This document shows positions 1 to 10,360 of a DNA stretch of 64,000 nucleotides, one piece after another (positions within the stretch are counted from its first letter, which is position 1; the number at the start of each line of letters is the position of its first letter). Source of the stretch: Porphyridium purpureum (Eukaryota); the NCBI GenBank assembly GCA_008690995.1, contig VRMN01000008.1:496001-560000 (forward strand), in the 5' to 3' direction. The position numbers and the translations under genes are program-made. The notes under the pieces were generated by a model. That model did no database searches. It had not been told where the DNA came from and saw only the letters and a program-made list of their open reading frames with translations.

Positions 1-345
1 CACCGCCTGTTGTAAAAGAACACTCAAGCGTGTGTTGATGGCCTTCCAGGAGGCATACGAGCCGCGGTTCAGCTCCAAATCATCGTCCTTTTTATCCGTT
101 TCGACCTGGCGCGAGGACATAGCACTCGCTGCCATACCCGCCGCAGAAACCGAGGCCCGCAAAGCAGACGGCTGCTGAGCACCGATGACGGCATCTCCAG
201 CCGCGCGTTTTGAGCCGGACGTCGAGGTCGGCTTCTTCTTGGTGCTGGTGGTCCTCACCAACTTCCTGCCCGAATTGGACCGCGCCGCGGTGCCGCCTTG
301 CTTGCTGGATGCGGCCGGCAATGGCAGTGACGATTCTCGCTCCAT
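1..345 (-). CDS. 5' part of a protein of unknown function, running off the window edge
   Basis: Manual translation: ATG at 345 opens 115 codons without a stop to base 1 (MERESSLPLPAASSK...DDDLELNRGSYASWKAINTRLSVLLQQAV). Absent from the ORF track, presumably because it lacks a stop. Two CACTGTACCTC motifs lie upstream. Confidence 0.55.
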   Translation of the reverse strand, partial: MERESSLPLPAASSKQGGTAARSNSGRKLVRTTSTKKKPTSTSGSKRAAGDAVIGAQQPSALRASVSAAGMAASAMSSRQVETDKKDDDLELNRGSYASWKAINTRLSVLLQQAV

Positions 346-957
346 GGCGCCCAGTCCACTGGCTCGCGAAACACACCGCGGCGCGATCGCCACGGAGCAG
401 TTTCCCTGGGTACGGCATCAGCCGAGCATGCGGTCAGCGATTCAACGCGTGATGCACCAGCTGATCATACACTGTACCTCCAAATGTCCTAGTAAAAACG
501 CGTGTTTAATCACAGACGTCGTGCACTGTACCTCATCCACATGCGACTTGGCGGCTGCTCGCAGCGGTGGGACGCTTCCGAGCTCCACCGTTGCGGTTCC
601 GACGCACGTTCGGCTGGACAGCACCAATTTGACTGGAGGATACGCAAAACTAAGTTGTCCATCGAAACGCAGCAATGTGATGCAACTGCGCCCTCCTCGG
701 ATCTGATCACAACCAAATTTGCGGACACTGATGCTGTCTCGCCGCTGCTGTGCATCTTTTGCCGCAAGGTGGGAACCGATGGCAATGAAAATCCGGCAAG
801 AGGTCGGGTGCTAGGCTTCTTTTGGGCGCCGCGGGCTGCGCGTACGCATGGGCAGATTGATACTCCTCTGGGGTATCAAATTGAGCGGAATTCACTCGTA
901 CCCCATGTGTACAAGCAGAGAAAATATCGGAAAGGCAGATACGTCACTGTCGAAATT

Positions 958-2115
958 TTATCTGCGAGGCACAATCATTCGCTTTTCTTGCATGCGTAAG
1001 AAGCTTTCCTTCATCAAGCTGCCCGAGCCAGCGTACTTCACGGTGCGCAGATGCGGAGTGAGCTCGTCGGTGAGCAAGACGTCCACCTCGCGACGCGCTA
1101 TTACGCGCCCGGCGAACAAGCGGCTGCGCGTGTGCGCGCGAGTTCGGTCGCGCAGTACGTTCTGCCGCGCTGCGTCGCTCTCCACTAGCTTATGCACTAT
1201 TTCTTTTGCTCGGCCAATGTCCTTGTTCTTCCGCTTCTCAATCCCCGCTGACACTTCGGCGCGCCGGTTCTCCTTGGCTCGCCGCTGCTTGTTGCGCTCC
1301 GCTCGCGTCTTGACGCGCGCAGTCAGCGGAGCTCTCACCCGGGAGCCGGTATTTCCGTGGCCATCATCACTACTGCTCCCATCACTATGCTCTTCAGCAG
1401 CTGGCGAGGCTGCAACTACCATGCCCGTGATATTATCCACGCCAATCTCATCTGCGACATGATGTTTCACTGACAGGCGGTCTTTCAAAATGCGCTCCCT
1501 CTCCTCTTTGAAGTACGCGTCTGCAACGGCCTCAGCCAGCCTGTGCTGGTGTGCGCGGTGCTCTGGGTTGACGCTCAAGCCGTCAAGCACTTCGGGGTCT
1601 GCTGAAAAGAGCGTGTTGGTGTCAGCCTCCCATCCCACGCTACCTCTTTTGCGAGCCGACGAGGCGGGTACCGCTTCCAACTCGGCAGAATTACCCACGC
1701 TCTCGCCCCACAAATCAACGAGCGCTGAGTTTACCTGTGGCTTTGGTCCTGAAACCAAAGCCTGTCCAGATACGCGCTTGCGCTGCGACTTTGCTTTCCG
1801 TCGCAGCGTTGGCGGCTGCACGGGCACAGTATGCGGATTGGGGTTGAGCGCCTGCTCACCTCTACGCGCCTTGCTCTTCTTCGCCAGGCGCAACTGCTCG
1901 CGCGTGCTGCTTGCAATGCCCTGCCTGAGCGCCTCCTCGCTCTGCGGCGTGGCGTCGAGCACAAATAGCGCCTCGTCTGGCTCGGCCCCCTCGGCCGCTG
2001 CGCTGGCGCCAAGCGTGCGCACCGCCGCGTCTGCCGCAGATACTCTGTCTGCAATCTCCGACGCGAGCGCGTCGCCGCGCTGCTTCCGCTTGCGCTCCTT
2101 CCCTGACCGTCCCAT
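958..2115 (-). CDS. NOP53: Ribosome biogenesis protein NOP53/GLTSCR2
   Basis: Basic N-terminus, LFVLD motif, DLW motif, SVNP..HQ motif, and C-terminal LTDELTPHLRTVK..GSLMKESFLRMQEKRMIVPR matching the NOP53 C-terminal signature. Confidence 0.88.
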   Translation of the reverse strand: MGRSGKERKRKQRGDALASEIADRVSAADAAVRTLGASAAAEGAEPDEALFVLDATPQSEEALRQGIASSTREQLRLAKKSKARRGEQALNPNPHTVPVQPPTLRRKAKSQRKRVSGQALVSGPKPQVNSALVDLWGESVGNSAELEAVPASSARKRGSVGWEADTNTLFSADPEVLDGLSVNPEHRAHQHRLAEAVADAYFKEERERILKDRLSVKHHVADEIGVDNITGMVVAASPAAEEHSDGSSSDDGHGNTGSRVRAPLTARVKTRAERNKQRRAKENRRAEVSAGIEKRKNKDIGRAKEIVHKLVESDAARQNVLRDRTRAHTRSRLFAGRVIARREVDVLLTDELTPHLRTVKYAGSGSLMKESFLRMQEKRMIVPRR

Positions 2116-2692
2116 AATGTTTCTCTGTCTCTCTCTCCGTCTCTTGCTCTTCCCAGCACAAGCTCACAACACCAAACACGCTCCGCCGCCGGATACGCAC
2201 AAAAGTGAAAAGTACAGTCGGACGGTTATTGCGGTACAGTGGAGGTGGAGCAAGTACAGTACCGCGTCATCCAACTGTACTCCCAGTAATGGTATCGGAG
2301 CACGCTGTGGCTCGGCGCAATGGTGCTGCCTGAAGAACGCTCACTGCGTCTTCGTTCCAAGCACCCGAAGCAGGCAGGCAGATCGCACGCATCATCGCGG
2401 ATTGGCACGTGCGTTGAAAATTTGCTTGAGAGAAGTGTAACCCGACTCGCGGCTCTTGGGCCGTCGCCAACACGAGCCGAGGTGCGTCATGTGTGGCTGA
2501 AAAAAGGCAGTTCTCGTGTGCACCTGACACTTTGAGCGTATCGCGAAGACATGAATTCGTCCATGATGTCAAGTTTTTCAAAATGATTCAAATATCAAGA
2601 CGAGGCACAATGGGTACGGGAAGAACGGGACGTGAGGAGAGAACTAAAGACGCAGGCCAATCCAGCTCGCACGGGCGTCAAAATGGAGGAGC

Positions 2693-4648
2693 TCACGTAC
2701 CTGCAAACGCGTACTTACCGCCTTTTGCCGCAGCAGCGTCACGCTTGCACCTGTTGACGGCGCCCTGCAGGCCGAGCGTTTGCACGCGGTTCCAGAACGT
2801 AAGAAATTCAGAGAGTTCTACTGTACCACCGCCATCCGTATCTACGGCCGAAAAAACATCGTAATAGTCTTTGGCCGCGACCTTGTCACCGGCGTACTTC
2901 TGCAGAAATACAGCAAACTCCCCAAAATCAAGCGATCCAGAATTATCCTTGTCCACGCTGCGAAACAACCGTTCGGAATCGTTCCCATAAAGTAAGTCAA
3001 GAACTGTGTGCATTGACGGCCGCTTGCGCGGGTTGGTAGTCCAGCATTTCTGGATAATAGATTTTAGCTCACTCGACGCGTGCTGCACGTTACGCATGCT
3101 GGGAGTGTCGCCCCTTGCCACTCGCAACAAAAGCTCCCTTTCCGTGCGAATTTCGTCTACCCACGGCGTCTTGCCACTCAGCAACTCCCATAAGATGGTA
3201 CCAAATGCATACACGTCAGACCGGTCCGACCATTTCTGATCTACGATCATTTCGGGCGCCATCCACAAAAGGCTGCCTTTAATGCCATCGGTCTTGGTAT
3301 TGATCGTTGCGGTCGAGAGCGCTGTCGTGATTCCTGCGACCGTTGCCCGGCTCACGGCCGAGGCGTTGCCGTCGATGCCTTTGCCGAGCCCGAGGTCAAT
3401 GACAATCGGGCGACCACTGTTCTGCTCAATCAGAACATTCGGACTTTTGACGTCGCGGTGCACGACGCCATTTTTGTGCAAGTAAGCGAGCCCCTCGGCA
3501 ATGCCTATTGCTATCTTCTGCGCTTCTGTATTGCTGTAGCGCCCATCTCTGTCAAGCTTATCCCTCAGATCTACGCCATTGACGAGCGTCATGATCACCG
3601 CAGGCTGTGGTGACTCGAAAAAGTCGAGCACGGAGATCACATTCCGGTGGCTGCCGAGCTTGAGCAGCATCCTTAGCTCTGTCTTGAAGTCCGCATGCGA
3701 AACGTCGCCTGTGTCTTTGAAAATTTTGACCGCCACCTGCTTTCCCTGGAAAGTCCCCGTGTAAACTTTTGCTTGCCCAGAGTCCTTCAAAAGCTTGGTC
3801 AGCGTGACACCTGGATAGGCTTGCGCTGTATTTCCGCCACCAGAAGCAACTGATCCTTGGCCACCACGATCGGGATTGGCAGCCAAGGCCGCAACCAGCA
3901 TGCTGTCCATCGGCGCCGGGTTCTCCACTCTTGTTGGCCTGATTTGAACGAGAATCTCTGAGACAGTGCCCGGAGAGCTCGGATTCGAGTTTGGCTTGAA
4001 TATGACGTCATTGTACTTGGCGCGAAGAAGTCCAACGACTTTGAGGTAGTACGTTCGATCCGCTTTGTCTCCCGGTTCGACCAAGGAAAACAAGTCCTTC
4101 ATCATTTCCGCACCTTTCAGGCAAAGCTTTCCCGGCGTCTTGAAATTTGCGATCATGACGCAAGTGAGTCGATGCCCTTCTCCTGTTACGGCAGACAAGC
4201 AGAAGTCATTGTCTTTGTCCACGACAAAAGCAAGAGTTCGAATACAGTCAGCCGGCGTATTCGCGGGAAGCTCGCCACGCGAAGGTTGAATGACACAAAC
4301 TAACCGGTTGTTTTGGGCTGAGAGCTTTGCGCATCCGTACTTTTGGTCCAACTTTTCGCCAATCGCAACCATGATCTCATTATTCATTTGTGAGCCTAGC
4401 TGGGAAACTTGCAAGGCGTCACGCATTGCGACGCATTCTTTCCACCCGATGTCTCGATTGTCTTTGACAACCACGACAATGGCATAACGCCGCTCGTGCG
4501 TTTCAAAGAAAATGGCGAAATCGCCATCACTGTCGATTCGCACCACCATGTCACGAATAATGTCGGCGTCGAGTGCTGGGGGTGCCTGCTGCAAAAACGC
4601 AAGTTCCGCTGCCAGCGCTTCATACTTCAGCTTCTCGTAATCACCCAT
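2693..4648 (-). CDS. TKL-like Ser/Thr protein kinase with two C-terminal EF-hands and a duplicated unknown N-terminal domain
   Basis: VAVK, HRDVKSPN, DLG, GSLLWMAPE, SDVYAFGTILWEL, CW..P..RP; EF loops DKDNSGSLDFGE and DTDGGGTVELSE. Confidence 0.9.
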   Translation of the reverse strand: MGDYEKLKYEALAAELAFLQQAPPALDADIIRDMVVRIDSDGDFAIFFETHERRYAIVVVVKDNRDIGWKECVAMRDALQVSQLGSQMNNEIMVAIGEKLDQKYGCAKLSAQNNRLVCVIQPSRGELPANTPADCIRTLAFVVDKDNDFCLSAVTGEGHRLTCVMIANFKTPGKLCLKGAEMMKDLFSLVEPGDKADRTYYLKVVGLLRAKYNDVIFKPNSNPSSPGTVSEILVQIRPTRVENPAPMDSMLVAALAANPDRGGQGSVASGGGNTAQAYPGVTLTKLLKDSGQAKVYTGTFQGKQVAVKIFKDTGDVSHADFKTELRMLLKLGSHRNVISVLDFFESPQPAVIMTLVNGVDLRDKLDRDGRYSNTEAQKIAIGIAEGLAYLHKNGVVHRDVKSPNVLIEQNSGRPIVIDLGLGKGIDGNASAVSRATVAGITTALSTATINTKTDGIKGSLLWMAPEMIVDQKWSDRSDVYAFGTILWELLSGKTPWVDEIRTERELLLRVARGDTPSMRNVQHASSELKSIIQKCWTTNPRKRPSMHTVLDLLYGNDSERLFRSVDKDNSGSLDFGEFAVFLQKYAGDKVAAKDYYDVFSAVDTDGGGTVELSEFLTFWNRVQTLGLQGAVNRCKRDAAAAKGGKYAFAGT

Positions 4649-6005
4649 ATTGACTTCTAGACGAGGGATTTCCCTTGTTGCAACACTTCAGCTTCCTGCT
4701 CGACGGCGCTAGGTCCTTGCGCACGGCAATCGAGAGCACAGGGACGTGTTACATACTCAAGTACCCCGCAGCGCAAGAAGGATTCCTTGTTTCTTCGGTC
4801 ATGTTCTCGAAGGACCCGTGGACAAGTGATAAATCACCGAATCTCAATGTCCCTGTCACACGAGGCGTTAACTTGGGGAAGGCGAGGATGTGCGCTGACA
4901 CCACTTCACCAAGAACACAAAACGATATTGAGATGCAAGTGCGTTTCTCGCTTGACCATGCCACACCACCAAATTCGTCGACTCTCATGCTCTGATACGA
5001 AAGTACGCACTCGTGTGTGTGACTTGGAGGTCTGATTTCCGTTGGTCTTCGTGAATCCCTGGGGAAACGCAGCCTATTTACCCTCGAAATCAATCGCTCA
5101 GAAATAACAATAAAAACGGATGGATTATACAAAGGGAAATAATCACAGTGTCAGAAAGATCGACGTTTTTCCTACCTGCAGACCACGCAACCGTGCTCGT
5201 GGGAATGTGGGCAATGATTAGGTAACCATACGTGCTACATGGGAGGCCTTTTTCTTGGGTTCCAATAAGGCACGAGATGGACTTGTCCGTCTCCCCTGCC
5301 TTTGCATCTTCGTGCCAAGGGCGAGCAAACTCACGCCAGCAAGACGGAACTTCTGGAACGCGCATTGTGAATTGCCTCCCGAACCGCCGCGCTATCGCGG
5401 TCATCCATGGTGAAGGAGAATGCAGTACTCACAGTTTGTCGATGATCCGTGAGCTCTGCGTGTCAACCCGAACATACCTCCTTCACTAACTTTTCATCTT
5501 TCTTTGTCGTCGGTTTGCGTACGCACTGGAAGTGTACTTTCACGAAATTGAAAGCAGGGGCTTCGTGGATGGAAAGAAACCACTCCTTTCCATCTTGTAT
5601 TCTTTGAGGACCTCTTTTCATGGCTATGCCAGCCGACCTATGCCTCGGTAGAGTGTCTCGACTGCCAGGGACGTGACTGAGAATGACAAATGCCCTGTGT
5701 GCGTTCACGTTCTCTTGTGCTGCCGAATCGGACGACGGATGCGTGAGATGTCTCCAGCGTGAGGTCAATTGCTCTCCTCGTCGTGGCGAATCGAGTCGAC
5801 ATCTCGCGCAGAACAAGTGCTAGGATGTGCGCGACATTGCGAGGTCATCCGCTATATTCGTTACAAGAAAGGCATCCTTACATCATTTATTTCCAGTCGT
5901 TTCTACCTCACTTTTCCGTTTCCCGGTGGGAGAATGGCTCGATCTCTTCACGGCTACAACCACTCCACTATTCTTGTTCTCATCGGCAACATGTTCTCGA
6001 GTTGA

Positions 6006-7235
6006 TCAGATCTTTGCCTGCGTTCCACTAAGGCCACGTGTCGGAATGGCTGTCTGTTGGAAGTATTCCGCCGCAGCAGCCACGCCAGACCCGAGCTTGA
6101 TGGGCATACCAACATCCCTCATGGCCATTTCCGTGCCGGCAAGCGTGCCTAGAATGATGAGCTCGTTAATGTCTCCAAGCGTTCCAATTCGGAATACCCT
6201 GCCACGCAATTTCATAAGCCCGCCTCCCAAAGACAGATTATACTTTTGGTACGCTGTGGCGACGATCTTTTGCGCATCGATGCCCTCTGGGCACAGCACG
6301 GTCGTCACAGTATCTGAATACTCCTCCGGCTTGTTTGCAATGGGCCGAAGTCCCCAAGCAGCGACGGCACGGCGCACACCTTCGGCGAACCGATGGTGGC
6401 GGGCCCACACGTTTTGGATTCCCTCCTCCACCACAAACATGTCAAGCGCCTCCCGCAGGCCCCACAGCAGCGGCACCGACGGTGTGTATGGAAAGTAGCC
6501 CAGCTGGTTCTGGTCAACCATGTCCTTCCACGAGAAGAAGACCGAGGGCAGATTGGAGGACTTGGGCTTGTCCATCCCTAGGGCGAGCGCCTTGGGGCGC
6601 GCGCACACGAGGCCAAGCCCGGCTGGCAAACTGAGTCCCTTTTGCGAGCCCGTCACGGCCACATCCACCTGCCACTCATCCATCTTAAACTCGAGGCTGC
6701 CGATAGAACTGACGCCGTCCACAAACAGAAGCGCCGGGTGGTTCAGCTGGTTCAGCAACTGCCTCACCTTGGGGATGTTGGTGTACACGCCCGTGGTCGT
6801 CTCGTTCTGGACCACAGCAACGGCCTTAATTTCGTGGCGCGTGTCGTTTCGGAGCAGCGCGGCAATCTGGTCGTACGGCAGGCCGTCGCCCCACTCGACG
6901 TCGAGCTCCAGCACGTCGAGTCCAAAGCGGTGCATCATGTCAATCCACAGGTGCGAGAATTGGCCCATGCGGACGGAGATGATCTTATCTCCCTGGTTCA
7001 GTGTGTTGCTCAGGCACGACTCCCACGCGCCTGTGCCGGTTGCCGGGAACACAAAGCACGTGCCCTCCTTGGTCTGGAAGAACTCCTTGAGATCCTTGAG
7101 CACCGAGTGGGTGATCTTTGGGAAGTCGAGCGACCTGTGGTCGACGGACTGCCTGTGCATCGCGCGCAGAATGCGGTCCGGCACGTGCGACGGCCCCGGC
7201 ACCATCAGAAAGTTGCGTCCATGAGGCACCGCCAT
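6006..7235 (-). CDS. AGT1: Serine/alanine:glyoxylate aminotransferase (class V PLP enzyme), peroxisomal
   Basis: Likely start MAVPHGRNFLMVPGP at 7235; GTGAWES, NETTTGV, VDGVSS, TGSQKGL, FPYTP, FRIG motifs; C-terminal AKI resembles PTS1. Confidence 0.95.
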   Translation of the reverse strand: MAVPHGRNFLMVPGPSHVPDRILRAMHRQSVDHRSLDFPKITHSVLKDLKEFFQTKEGTCFVFPATGTGAWESCLSNTLNQGDKIISVRMGQFSHLWIDMMHRFGLDVLELDVEWGDGLPYDQIAALLRNDTRHEIKAVAVVQNETTTGVYTNIPKVRQLLNQLNHPALLFVDGVSSIGSLEFKMDEWQVDVAVTGSQKGLSLPAGLGLVCARPKALALGMDKPKSSNLPSVFFSWKDMVDQNQLGYFPYTPSVPLLWGLREALDMFVVEEGIQNVWARHHRFAEGVRRAVAAWGLRPIANKPEEYSDTVTTVLCPEGIDAQKIVATAYQKYNLSLGGGLMKLRGRVFRIGTLGDINELIILGTLAGTEMAMRDVGMPIKLGSGVAAAAEYFQQTAIPTRGLSGTQAKI

Positions 7236-7636
7236 TTTCTCCCGCAGCCGCAGCTCCCCGTCTGTTCCCTCACCCGCGCCGCTCTCCCGCCTGTCCTTCC
7301 TTGCCTTCCCCTTACCTTCTTCTCTGCGACACACAAAGAGACACACAGAAACACACCCAAACACACAGTCACAGTCTCTCTCTTCCGACCCCCTCCTCTC
7401 CTACCACCTGCCTGCCGCTCACCTCTGCCACTCCCTCCCGATTCCGTTTTTGTGATATACCTCACACCGCGCATGAGCGCACCCACCTCCTGACGCACTT
7501 GCCCCCACTGGGCCCTGAGTCCAGCCTGTCTGCCTGTCTTTGTGCGCGACCAATCGTCACACGCGTCTCGTATCAAAACAGCGTCGCCTACTTACGAAAC
7601 ACACATCACCCCTGTTTGGTCACACATGCACCCTGT

Positions 7637-7690
7637 TCCATCCATCCATCCATCCACCCATCCATCCATCCATCCACCCATCCACCATCC
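7637..7690 (+). repeat. Imperfect (CCAT)n microsatellite
   Basis: tccatccatccatccacccatccatccatccatccacccatcc read directly, upstream of AGT1. Confidence 0.9.
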
Positions 7691-7885
7691 AACACGCGAA
7701 CCAGAAGCCAGGAACCCACACTCAACAAACACACTCAGCAGCCACATGCAATCTCCCCACACTGGAACGCCGTAACGGCTGCAGCGAGCATCGGCTCAAA
7801 CGCACTGCAACGTGCATTAGAGGTACAGCGCAGAGTACAGTGCGCGGGAGGGTTGGGCTCGCTCCCCTCGGCGCACCGCGGCTGT

Positions 7886-10234
7886 TCAGCTCGGCTTGCC
7901 CAGTTGGTCGGCGCGCTGCGACAGCCGCTGCAGGCGGTCGGAGAGCAGCTGTAAACGGCCGCTCGGCTGTGCCGCATGCGGCGGTGGATGGGTACGGCTG
8001 CTGCTACTGTTGCTGTTGCTGTTGCTGGTGGCGCTGTTGGCCGGGCTGGTGGGTGGATGTGCCACGGGCGAGAACGCGCTCGATGTAGGGTCAGCCGCGC
8101 GGCGCGTGGGAGAGGTGGCGCGCACAGCGCTCTCGGTCGGCGCAGCAGCAGGCCGCGACCCCATTCCGCGCATCTCCGAGCGCTGCGCAGCTGCGTCGGA
8201 CGTGGAGAAGGGCAGACCCGCGGATGCAGCACCTGATCTCGATTCTTCTTCTTCTTCTTCTTCTTCCTCATCGCGTTCGAAGATTGAGACTCGCGCCGAC
8301 GCTCCCGGCGCATTTGGCTCCGGATATGTCGCCAATCCAAACACGGCAGGGTCAATGGCCGGCCGCGCCCCGTAATTGTGGTCTGCTTCGCCGACATCTA
8401 TCCTCGCGTTGTACGACAGAACATCCAAGCCTCCAGACACGTCCGCGCCTTCAGGCTCTGCCATACTCGGCGGCTGGTATCCGTGGAGCTGCTCTTGTTG
8501 GTGCGGCTGCTGCATCGCCCCATAGAAGGGCAAACTCCCGTTCCCTTGTGCTTCCCCAAATTGCCACTCACTGAGATCCTCCTCCGACTTTGGAGACCGC
8601 GTGCCCGTAGCCGCCTCGGCGCGCGCATCAACAGTCCAAGTCGGATGTGGTGATGCCCGCGTCGCGTTCGCATGCACTGCCTTTCGCTCCTTTGCCAGAC
8701 CCTGCTCAGAGCCGGACACGGGCTCAAGCACAGATGACTCGACCATCAAGCGCCGCAGCTCGCTTTCGTGCAATTGCCGCCGTAGTTTGTCCCGCTCCGT
8801 GCACGCAGCCTCGTGCTTTTCGACAAGCACGCGCATGTCTTCGTCCATCTGCTTACGATCGAGCTCCAAGAGCTTGATGCGTTGATTCGCAGCCGCCAAT
8901 TCACCGCGAAATCTTCTCCGCTCTGTCTCCACCGTTTCCTTCAGAAGCTCCAGCTCTTTTGTCACTGCGTCGGTGGCATCACTTGGAGCGGAGTCGCCAA
9001 GCGGACCATTCTCCACATCAATCTCAGCTTGCTGCGATTCTGCTTTGGTCTCCAAGCCGTGCTTCTCAACGCGGGCCAAATTCCATACGCGCACGCTGCC
9101 GTCTTCGCATCCAGAGACGCAGTACATTCCCGAGCGCGCCATGTCCACGCTCAAAACGCCGTCCGTGTGCCCGCTCAGAACCGCGGCACAGCTAGGTACA
9201 GCCGGCGCATTTTCATGCTCGTCAAGACTCCACACACGCACGGTCGCGTCAGACGAGCCAGAGACCGCCTTTGCGCCGCGTTCATCCACAGCAACTGCCC
9301 AGGTGCGCAGCGTGTGTCCCTCAAGCTTGTAGCGCGGCTTCATCATTGCCAAATCCCACACGATGACACTCTTGTCGCCGCCCGCGCTCAGCACCGTGCC
9401 GGTCGAGCTTAGCGCGACGCCATGCACCCAAGACGTGTGCCCAGAAAGAACCGCAATTTCGCTGTGACGGCTCTGCCTCCCAGTAGCGCGTACATCCCAC
9501 AGCCGCACCGTCTTGTCCCTGCCGCCGGACACCACCAGGTGGGCGGGAGACGTCGGTTCGGTATCTACCAGCGCACCTAGCGCCACCGCCCGCACCCAAT
9601 TCTTATGTCCAGCGAGCATTGCGAGCTGCGCGCCTGTCTCTACATCCCACAGACGCACGGCAGCGTCCTTACCGCAAGACGCGAGCACGTTCTCGACAAC
9701 GGCGATCTGCGCAAGTTCCGGATGCGCGAGCTGTATTTTTGGCGGCGGCATCACGTGGCCGCTTTGGTCTTCACACACGCGTTGTCGGACTTGCTGCAGA
9801 CTCGTACCGCCCAACTGCTCGAGGGTCCAGCCTGCAATCTGTCCATCTGCACTGCCCACATACAAGGCCTTGTCCTTGACGTACTTGATGGACGCGATCG
9901 GTGCGGCCTGCTTCCCGGCAGGATGCATGGCCAGCACAGCAGACGCGTCTTCCTGCGCGCGCTCATTCCTTCCAGAGCCATTCCCCTCGCTCCCTCGCGA
10001 CGCACGCGCATGTGCATCTCCACATTCCAGCACTTTCACCGCCACGTGCTTCTGACGCGCGGCATCCAACCATCGCTGCTCGTTAGCGCCGCTATTCAGC
10101 ACGGCCACGATGTCCGAAACGTCATGAATCCGCACCACTCCAGCCGCATTCCCAGTCACACATACTCCAGACGCCTCATCCAGACACACTGCATTCACGC
10201 AGCTCCCGCCCTGATGCCCTGCCGCATTCGCCAT
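7886..10234 (-). CDS. WD40-repeat protein with a coiled coil and low-complexity C-terminal tail
   Basis: Several GH...WD/WS/WN repeats (GHKNWV..VRLWD, GHTSWV..VIVWD, GHTLRT..VRVWS, GHTDGV..VRVWN), followed by a heptad-rich segment (KELELLKETVETERRR...). Confidence 0.88.
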   Translation of the reverse strand: MANAAGHQGGSCVNAVCLDEASGVCVTGNAAGVVRIHDVSDIVAVLNSGANEQRWLDAARQKHVAVKVLECGDAHARASRGSEGNGSGRNERAQEDASAVLAMHPAGKQAAPIASIKYVKDKALYVGSADGQIAGWTLEQLGGTSLQQVRQRVCEDQSGHVMPPPKIQLAHPELAQIAVVENVLASCGKDAAVRLWDVETGAQLAMLAGHKNWVRAVALGALVDTEPTSPAHLVVSGGRDKTVRLWDVRATGRQSRHSEIAVLSGHTSWVHGVALSSTGTVLSAGGDKSVIVWDLAMMKPRYKLEGHTLRTWAVAVDERGAKAVSGSSDATVRVWSLDEHENAPAVPSCAAVLSGHTDGVLSVDMARSGMYCVSGCEDGSVRVWNLARVEKHGLETKAESQQAEIDVENGPLGDSAPSDATDAVTKELELLKETVETERRRFRGELAAANQRIKLLELDRKQMDEDMRVLVEKHEAACTERDKLRRQLHESELRRLMVESSVLEPVSGSEQGLAKERKAVHANATRASPHPTWTVDARAEAATGTRSPKSEEDLSEWQFGEAQGNGSLPFYGAMQQPHQQEQLHGYQPPSMAEPEGADVSGGLDVLSYNARIDVGEADHNYGARPAIDPAVFGLATYPEPNAPGASARVSIFERDEEEEEEEEESRSGAASAGLPFSTSDAAAQRSEMRGMGSRPAAAPTESAVRATSPTRRAADPTSSAFSPVAHPPTSPANSATSNSNSNSSSSRTHPPPHAAQPSGRLQLLSDRLQRLSQRADQLGKPS

Positions 10235-10360
10235 CTTCCTTCTTCCTCCTCCTCCTCAAACAACAACTCATGACGCCGTCCTCCCTCTTTCTCTCTCTCC
10301 CCCCTTCGACCTTTCTCCCCAAGGTCCTTCACCCACCAACTCGAAACGCCTCTTCTACAC

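Noticed and set aside
4650..6005. Lower-GC 1.3-kb interval as a possible ncRNA or transposon
   Set aside because: No tRNA, snRNA or snoRNA signatures, terminal repeats or transposase motifs were recognised.
7236..7364. N-terminal extensions in the ORF track (AGT1, BTAF1, ABHD18, SKI3, cyclin P)
   Set aside because: They arise from alternative start codons or UTR-like low-complexity sequence; family homology begins at the downstream ATG.
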